Part shown: positions 57,596 through 64,000 of the stretch, piece by piece
Layout of the letters: every line of letters begins with the position of its first letter
Position numbering within the stretch: the first letter of the stretch is position 1
NCBI GenBank assembly: GCA_965248265.1
Contig: CBDFJF010000001.1
Span: 608,001 to 672,000, forward strand
DNA length: 64,000 nucleotides
Direction of reading: 5' to 3'
DNA from: Candidatus Latescibacterota bacterium
GTDB lineage: Bacteria; Latescibacterota; UBA2968; UBA8231
Notes under the pieces: generated by a model
What the model was told of the DNA's origin: nothing
Seen by the model: only the letters and a program-made list of their open reading frames with translations
The model's database searches: none
Translations under genes and position numbers: made by a program

Positions 57596-59239
57596 GTGAC
57601 TCTTCTTCGGCTCGTTGCGGCGGCGGCCGTCGCTCTCGTGATCCTCACCAACCTGACGCTGGCGCAACCGATCGTGCTGCCTGACGAGCTGCTTGAGCCG
57701 GACTTGGCGCAGCCCCTGCGGACCCTCGATTCCGATGGCGTTGCGATCTCGATCTACGCGGCAAAGAAATCCGGACAACCCGAGGCGCTGGACAAGCGTG
57801 ATCCGACGGTGTTTACGGCCGGCTCCGGCAACGCGCCCTATTTCTACCCGCAGAACCCGACGCCGGCGACCATCGAGCTGCGGGCCGAAACCAACTATTA
57901 CGACCTCACGCAGAGCAAGACACTCACCGTCCAGATCCATGAATTGCAGCCCGAAACCGTGTACTTCTACCGCGTTGCGGATTCCGTCGAGATCAACCGC
58001 TTCAAGACCCCGCCCCCGGCCGGCCAGTTCAAGCCGTTCCGCTTCGTCGTGATCGGCGACACGCAGGGGCCCTATGACCATGCCGGCGACCAGCAATTGA
58101 ACAAGGACCGCCTGGTCATGGCGCCGTTCGCCCAGGCCAATCTCCCGGCCAATGCGCAGTTCAACCGGATCACCCAATCCATCCGCCGCAGCAACGTGAA
58201 GCCGGACTTCGTCGCCCACGTCGGGGATATCGTGGAGGACGCGCGCTACTGGGTGCAATGGACACGGGAACAGTTCAGCGATCTCAAATACCTGCTGACC
58301 CTAGCGCCGGTGTATCCGATCATGGGCAATCACGAATACCACGATCCCCGCTTTCACCGTTACTTCGGCCTGCCGATCACCGCCGAAGAACACGAAGCGG
58401 ACCCGGAGCGGCCGTTCTTTTCGTTCGACTGGGGCGACGCTCACTTCATCTTTCTCGACATGAACGGCGGCTGGTACACGATCTACGATATTGACGCCGT
58501 GCCGGAAGAATCCGGGACCTCCTACGACATTGACGGCATACCGCACCATTACGATATCAAGCACGTACGCGGCGGCCGCAGCTATGCGATCAGCGACGAG
58601 ACCCTGACCAGGCTGAAAGGACATCTCGCCGACGATCGTATCGCAAAGCTCCAAGCGTTGAAGGGCAAGGAAATGGATCGCGCGGCGTTGCAGAAACAGT
58701 TGAGCGACCTCGGCTTCAGCAAAGAAGAGAACCGGAAAACCCGCACGGCAGCAATCAAGTGTTACCGCAGCAACGTCGCCAATTGCCGGGTCGCGCTCTA
58801 TATCCTCGGCAGCCCGGTTCAGGAAGCGCAGATCAAGTGGGTGAAGAAGGACCTCGAAGCGAACAAGGACCGCAAGTACATCTTCGTCTTCACCCACCAC
58901 CCGCAGCTCTACGGGACATCGGAAAACAAACAATTCATCGAGCTGTACGAGAAATACCGGGTCTGTGCCACCTTCTCGGGGCACCTGCACCTCTATTCCC
59001 ACCATCTTCGCAACGGCGTGCACTACTTTCAGTCGGGCGGCGGCAGTGACGAGACCTACACGGCCCTGATCGACGAGCAGCCCGACAGTTTCGTCATGCA
59101 CCGCTACGGCCCGCAGTACATGATTCTCGATGTGCACGCGGACCGCGCCCTCGCCCTCGGTGTCGGTCCGGACAATCAGGTGTTCGAGCGGACCGTGATC
59201 CGCCCGCGGGATTCGGGAGCACGGTCAGCTTCGGATTGA
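57596..59239 (+). CDS. Secreted purple-acid-phosphatase-like metallophosphoesterase
   Basis: Signal peptide, FN3-like LQPETVYFYRV, GDTQ, GDIV, GNHE, THHP, GHLH. Confidence 0.88.
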   Translation: MTLLRLVAAAAVALVILTNLTLAQPIVLPDELLEPDLAQPLRTLDSDGVAISIYAAKKSGQPEALDKRDPTVFTAGSGNAPYFYPQNPTPATIELRAETNYYDLTQSKTLTVQIHELQPETVYFYRVADSVEINRFKTPPPAGQFKPFRFVVIGDTQGPYDHAGDQQLNKDRLVMAPFAQANLPANAQFNRITQSIRRSNVKPDFVAHVGDIVEDARYWVQWTREQFSDLKYLLTLAPVYPIMGNHEYHDPRFHRYFGLPITAEEHEADPERPFFSFDWGDAHFIFLDMNGGWYTIYDIDAVPEESGTSYDIDGIPHHYDIKHVRGGRSYAISDETLTRLKGHLADDRIAKLQALKGKEMDRAALQKQLSDLGFSKEENRKTRTAAIKCYRSNVANCRVALYILGSPVQEAQIKWVKKDLEANKDRKYIFVFTHHPQLYGTSENKQFIELYEKYRVCATFSGHLHLYSHHLRNGVHYFQSGGGSDETYTALIDEQPDSFVMHRYGPQYMILDVHADRALALGVGPDNQVFERTVIRPRDSGARSASD

Positions 59240-59551
59240 GCAGGACCGACACATATTTGGTTTGTTTCCTTTGCAGACCTGGCTCACTTTGTTGGCAGAG
59301 GCAGGGTTTGAGGCGAGTACCCTTCCCTATGATGTGCAGTTCTTAGTGGCTATAAAATAGGTTATCGGTAATCGGTCAGGTGCTATTTTTTGTTTTTGAC
59401 GGTGTTGATGGCGGTTTTCGGGGGTTGACGGTCGATGGATGAACCTTGAGGCTGGGAATGGTGCCGTGCGGTGAACAGCTGTGAGCGAGGAGGGCGTTGC
59501 CAGTGACGTATCAGGGCACAGCGGTGCCTTGGCTGTGGCCGTGAATCGATG

Positions 59552-60199
59552 TCAGGCGGCGAAATCCAGCTCAGGTTGGGGATGGGGGCGTGCCGGGGCG
59601 ATCGGCGGTGCCCGTGGTGGCAGGCCGACGCCTTCCAGGTAGCGGGCAATGGAGCGGGGCTGGGTGAGTGCCGCGACGATTTTCATATGGCCGCCACAGC
59701 CGGGGCACACGGTGACGTCGACGCGGAACACTCTGCGCAAGAGGGCGGCCCAGGCCAGGCGGTGTCGGCGTTGGGCGGGTGTCGGCTCACCAGTTCGACC
59801 GGGGACCGGCTCTGGGTCCTGCACCTGTTCTTGTGGGCCGGGTACGATCTGTGCCCGAGCGGCGGCGTTGGGCGCCAAGACGCCATGGTAGCGCACCAGA
59901 TTGAGGCGTCGTGGGGGCACCAGGGCGGCCAGTTTCTCGATCAATTCTTGTGGCGAGAGCTCAATTCGATAGGTGCCGTCTGACCAGGGCGTTTTCAGGT
60001 CGAAGGCCACCTGCTCGGCATCGAGGATCTGCAGGCGTCCCGCCGCCAGCGGCGGTCGATTGACGTAGCGGCACAGTCTTTCCAGGCGAGTGCGGTCGGC
60101 GGCTGGCACACGGGTGGCCGCATGCAGGGAGAAGCCGCGGCAGAGCGGACGCCAGGGCTCGCGACCAGTGCCCGGACACTCGCTGGTTTCCGCTTGCAT
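59552..60199 (-). pseudogene. 5'-truncated IS91/ISCR-like (Y2 HUH) transposase
   Basis: GFSLHA, RLERLCRYVNRPPLA, LKTPWSDGT, RYHGVLAPN, CPGCGG; the N-terminal half including the HUH motif is missing. Confidence 0.85.
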
Positions 60200-60315
60200 T
60201 GAATGCGCCGCTGCACGGGGAGAACGAGTTGAGCGTTACACTGGTTGTCGGCGACACCGAGGCCTCCGGCGATCTCGTCATCGACGAGGTCGAAGTCTTC
60301 GTACAACCGAACTAG
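60198..60315 (+). pseudogene. Orphan C-terminal gene fragment abutting the transposase truncation
   Basis: Manual translation LNAPLHGENELSVTLVVGDTEASGDLVIDEVEVFVQPN* looks like a beta-sandwich C-terminus; no start. Confidence 0.4.
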
Positions 60316-60448
60316 CTCAGACAGTTCGGTCCGGCATCTGCTGTGATCTGGATTTGAGCGGATTGCGCCCGGTGGGCGGTCATTAGTACGCTTCGAAAGG
60401 TGCGCGCGCGACGTGGACGAGTTAATGTTACCTCAATAGGAGGGCAAT

Positions 60449-61687
60449 ATGTGGCAGCCCGGCACACCCATCACCGGCTACTACCACGGACCAGGGGGTG
60501 GATCAGACCGGTGGGGTCCGCTGACACCCGGGATGGCCCGGAAGCTGGTAGATGGCGGTTTCAACCTGGCCTGGGGATGCACCGTGGAGGACCTCGACGT
60601 CGCCCACGAGCACGGGTTGCGCGTTGACCTGATCGGCTTGTACACGGAGGACCCCACCGTCTTCGACGACCCGGCGGGCAGAGCCAGGATCGATGCGGTC
60701 ATCGATAGCGTCAAAGACCATCCCGCTTTGTACTCCTACAACGTCAGCGACGAGCCGAGCGCTGTCAGGTTCTCGGAGTTTGCCAGGATGTTGGACTACT
60801 TCCGCGAGCGTGACCCCGACCACCTGGCCTACATCAATCTGTTTCCTACCTACGCCAGCAACGAGCAGCTGGGCACCGAGGGCGATACTACCCAGGCGTA
60901 CAGGGAACACCTGCGTCAGTACATCGAGATCATCCGCCCCGAACTGATCAGCTACGACCACTACAACCTCTACACGGACGGAGACACGGACGAGTACTTC
61001 CTCAATCTCGCGCTCGTGCGCGAGGCGACCCTGGGCGCCGGAATTCCCTTCCTCAACGTCGTCCAGGCGTGCTCACTGGATTTCCCGGACAGCCGTGTGC
61101 CCAACGGCGATGAGGGCAGGTACCTGGCCTACACGACACTGGCCTACGGAGGCCACGGGCTCTCGCAGTTCGTCTACTGGACTCGTGTCGACGACTTTGT
61201 CGGGGGCGGTGTTTCCGAGTACGCAGAGGGGCCATTCAACACTGAACGCGCCGCGGCCGACGCCGCTGCGCCACTGACTCCACTGGGTGAGGCCCTGCGT
61301 CAGATCAATCCCGAGTTCGTCGCCATCGCCGAGCAGCTGCAGCCGCTGACTTCCCTGGGTGTGTATCATTCCGGCCAACCGCCCGCGGGAGGTGCCGTAG
61401 AGGAGCTGGCGGGCGACGCTGCGTTTGCGGTGGATCCCCCGTTTGATCCGCAGCGGGACAAGGGGATTCTCTGGGGATTCTTTGGTTCATCAGTCGATCC
61501 GACACACGTGTTGGTCGTGAATCTGAACTACGGGCAGCGGATCACGACAACCGCAGTCGGCCCGGGACCCATGGAGGAATTCGACGTCCATGAGCGGCAG
61601 TGGCGTCCGGTTTCAGATGGAGTGCGCGCGAAACTGAACCTGGTGGCCGGTGGCGGCAGGCTTCTGCGCCTGCGACAGGGATCCTAG
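60449..61687 (+). CDS. Hypothetical glycoside hydrolase-like (TIM-barrel) protein
   Basis: RBS AGGAGG; GFNL, HPALYSYNVSDEP, YINLFP, SYDHY. Confidence 0.65.
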   Translation: MWQPGTPITGYYHGPGGGSDRWGPLTPGMARKLVDGGFNLAWGCTVEDLDVAHEHGLRVDLIGLYTEDPTVFDDPAGRARIDAVIDSVKDHPALYSYNVSDEPSAVRFSEFARMLDYFRERDPDHLAYINLFPTYASNEQLGTEGDTTQAYREHLRQYIEIIRPELISYDHYNLYTDGDTDEYFLNLALVREATLGAGIPFLNVVQACSLDFPDSRVPNGDEGRYLAYTTLAYGGHGLSQFVYWTRVDDFVGGGVSEYAEGPFNTERAAADAAAPLTPLGEALRQINPEFVAIAEQLQPLTSLGVYHSGQPPAGGAVEELAGDAAFAVDPPFDPQRDKGILWGFFGSSVDPTHVLVVNLNYGQRITTTAVGPGPMEEFDVHERQWRPVSDGVRAKLNLVAGGGRLLRLRQGS

Positions 61688-61690
61688 ACC

Positions 61691-62062
61691 ATGCGCTTCG
61701 GCATTATCGGCTGCGGCGACATCGCCGAGCAATCGTTCGCTCCGAGTCTCGTTGACTCCGATGAGGTCGAACTCGCCGCCGTGTGCCGCCGCGACGGCGA
61801 CAAGGCGAGAGCGTTCGCACAACGCTTCGGCGGTTGTGCGGCCATCTATCGGCAAGTGGGCCTGCTCGGCGTCTGGTCCTTCCGACTCGAGCAGATAGCA
61901 GTCTGGTCCGCATTCGTGGCAGGCCGGCTGACCACGGGGGACATGGGAGAGCAGGCCTGGTTTTGGTGGGCCTTGACACTCTTCCTGTCAACGTTCGTTA
62001 CGTTGGGAGGCTTGTTTGTGCTCCGCTACGGGGTCACTGCGAAGGTCGGCGTCCAACTTTGA
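61691..62062 (+). pseudogene. Chimeric remnant: Gfo/Idh/MocA N-terminus fused to a membrane-protein C-terminus
   Basis: MRFGIIGCGDIA...AFAQRFG (about 50 aa), then an abrupt switch to hydrophobic TM sequence. Confidence 0.65.
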
Positions 62063-62155
62063 CAAAACAGACGACGGGGAAGCATCCCGAGGATGAGACA
62101 CCAGCCTGACCAATGGCCCCAGGGGCGCTCAACCGACTCTTGATAGCACCAAGCC

Positions 62156-62182
62156 GAGCATCGGATCCATACTGCGATGGTC
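62156..62182 (-). repeat. 27-bp island site, reverse orientation
   Basis: Minus strand gaccatcg-cagtatggatc-cgatgctc, overlapping the stop of a minus-strand gene. Confidence 0.75.
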
Positions 62183-63995
62183 AGTTATTGCAAATCTGAC
62201 CTACAACCTCGCGGAATTCCGGGTCCTCCCGCACAGCTTCAAAATCATGGGAATCCTCCCAAGTCCGTCTGAAGTAGGTGAACGCCCATTTGCTTTTGGC
62301 TGCACCGGACTGATTCAGACGCTTGAGTACCGCCAGGGCCCCATCGCGATCTGATTTCCTCATGTGAGTCACCGCCAGGTGCATGAACGGAACGCCACGG
62401 TCCCGTATCTGCTGTATGCATCTCTCGAAGAGCGGTATAGCCTCATCGCACATACCCGCCTCCCTGCAGGCACAGCCCAGATTGCAGAAGGCGTAACCCA
62501 GGAACCGTCGGTACCTTCTGTCGGCCTTGTCTCGCTGTTCGGCCCCCTCAGCGGCTGAAACCATCGACTTCCACTCAGATTCGTATCCATCCAGATTGTC
62601 GAGCGCCTCCTTCAGCGTCCGCACAAGACTCGTGTCCTCACCCATAGGACCGTACACCCGACAGATCAGCTGTCCATAGGTGTCGCTGATCCACCACCGG
62701 CGTTGGACGGGGTCGTCCACTGGTTCCCGCTCAAGGAAGTCGAGGTATTCTCTGCCGCTGGCAACGGCTTCCTCGAATCGCTCGAGCCACCCGAGCATGA
62801 TGATGCGGTCACGATAGTACATATAGTGGGTGATCGTCAAAGGGGGCGACAGCTCTCGGAACAGCCCCTGAGTCTCGTCCAACCAGACGTCCGCCTTACC
62901 CAGGTCGAAGTATATCTTCATCGGAGCAGCGAAATAGGATTGAAGCCGGTCGACCGTCTCGATGCCTTGCACGCTGAGAGCCCGCCTGAAGAGAGAGTAG
63001 GATCGCTCTCGGTCGATTGTACGGCAGCTCCATCCCGCTCGCTGCAAAGCCCTGTGGGACTCCTGCGGATCGAGTGCCGTCTCGGCCGCATGGGTCTCCA
63101 GCAAGTCGGCTTTATCCTCATGTCGTAGGAGAGTCTCGTAGAGCTCCGCGAGGTTCCACACGGTCTCACTGTCGTGCGCCCCGAGCCGATAGGCCTCTTG
63201 GTGCGCTACCAGCGCCTCCTGGACAAGCTGGTCATCTATCTCTTCATCCCTGTCAGCGAACATGTCATTCACTTCCCTGCCCAATGCCTCCGCCAGTCCC
63301 CGTTGCGCCCCAGCGTGTTCGCCCAAGTTTGAGAGGATACTCCGGAACTCTGCTCTCGCTTGTGGCCAGCGTTTTTCTTCGAGCAGGGCCTGCCCCCGCG
63401 CCAGTGCTGTACTGAGTACTTCCTCCCCGAATCCATCGGGCAGTTTCTGGTTGCCGATCGTTTCCTCGACCATTTCGACCATCTCCCGCTTGAGTTGTCT
63501 GCGTGCTCGATAGAGCCGTTGATTGACCGCCTGAGAGGATATCCCGAGGAAGGTACCGATCTGCTTCAGAGAGCTGCTTTCCAGATAATGCAGGATCAAG
63601 ACCTGGCGCTGCTCATCGGTGAGTCTGCCCAGCGCGTGGAAAACGGCTTGCCGAGTTTCCCTCGCTAGTAAATCCGCCTCTGGGGACGCTGGTGTTGCCG
63701 TCGCCGCTGGTTCCTCTCGACTCACCATGCGTTCGTGGCGGTGCCACATATGGCATTCGTTCATGGCGATCTGCCTGAGCCATGCGGGGAATCGACCCCT
63801 ATCGGACAGATCGCGCAGTCGGAGGTAAGCCTTGACGAAGACCTCTTGCGCCAGGTCTTCGGCCACATTCCGGTCTCTGGTGTAGGCGAGGCAGACACCA
63901 AACACAAACCGGCGGTACCGGTCCACCAGCGCCGAAAACGACCCGGTGTGGCCGTGCAGGCTTCTCTCGACGAGGTCTTGATCGGAATGTTCCAA
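62181..63995 (-). CDS. ECF sigma factor with a long TPR-like C-terminal extension
   Basis: AEDLAQEVFVKAY, FPAWLRQIA, VNQRLYRARRQL, then TPR-like helices. The true start may lie just outside the window. Confidence 0.85.
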   Translation of the reverse strand: MEHSDQDLVERSLHGHTGSFSALVDRYRRFVFGVCLAYTRDRNVAEDLAQEVFVKAYLRLRDLSDRGRFPAWLRQIAMNECHMWHRHERMVSREEPAATATPASPEADLLARETRQAVFHALGRLTDEQRQVLILHYLESSSLKQIGTFLGISSQAVNQRLYRARRQLKREMVEMVEETIGNQKLPDGFGEEVLSTALARGQALLEEKRWPQARAEFRSILSNLGEHAGAQRGLAEALGREVNDMFADRDEEIDDQLVQEALVAHQEAYRLGAHDSETVWNLAELYETLLRHEDKADLLETHAAETALDPQESHRALQRAGWSCRTIDRERSYSLFRRALSVQGIETVDRLQSYFAAPMKIYFDLGKADVWLDETQGLFRELSPPLTITHYMYYRDRIIMLGWLERFEEAVASGREYLDFLEREPVDDPVQRRWWISDTYGQLICRVYGPMGEDTSLVRTLKEALDNLDGYESEWKSMVSAAEGAEQRDKADRRYRRFLGYAFCNLGCACREAGMCDEAIPLFERCIQQIRDRGVPFMHLAVTHMRKSDRDGALAVLKRLNQSGAAKSKWAFTYFRRTWEDSHDFEAVREDPEFREVVGQICNN

Positions 63996-64000
63996 AGGTC

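Noticed and set aside
9345-58258. Many long antisense or alternate-frame ORFs (e.g. 9345-10292, 21216-22379, 57113-58258)
   Set aside because: Shadow ORFs of well-supported genes in GC-rich DNA, with no recognisable motifs.
59280-59400. oriIS end of the IS91/ISCR remnant
   Set aside because: AT-rich with a short AAAATAG/CTATTTT inverted repeat, but no recognisable oriIS consensus.
39276-62182. CRISPR array interpretation of the recurring 27-bp palindrome
   Set aside because: Copies are highly degenerate, separated by whole genes at irregular distances, and no cas genes are present.

Overview
GC-rich bacterial chromosome segment in two parts. Bases 1-38.4 kb are largely core genome: aceE-aceF-lpdA, an Slt/TPR lytic transglycosylase, mutY, two DmpA-like peptidases, a sigma54 regulator, rsmD, a eukaryotic-type hisA, and a TolC/RND/nucleotide-transporter/two-component cluster. 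A tRNA-Glu(CTC) at 38463-38538 and an overlapping truncated large serine recombinase open an accessory island that runs to the end of the window. The island is an array of short, unrelated, mostly co-oriented cargo genes. Most gene boundaries carry a degenerate 27-bp palindromic site, consensus GNCCRTCR-N11-YGAYGGNC, often with RTC at the end of the spacer. Two apparently identical 2045-nt group II introns are inserted at the same position of two of these sites. Three true integron attC sites (no intI in the window) are nested between two such sites. The best candidate for an undescribed system is this non-attC cassette array with its site-targeting intron. All calls were made by eye from the sequence and ORF track; no searches were run.
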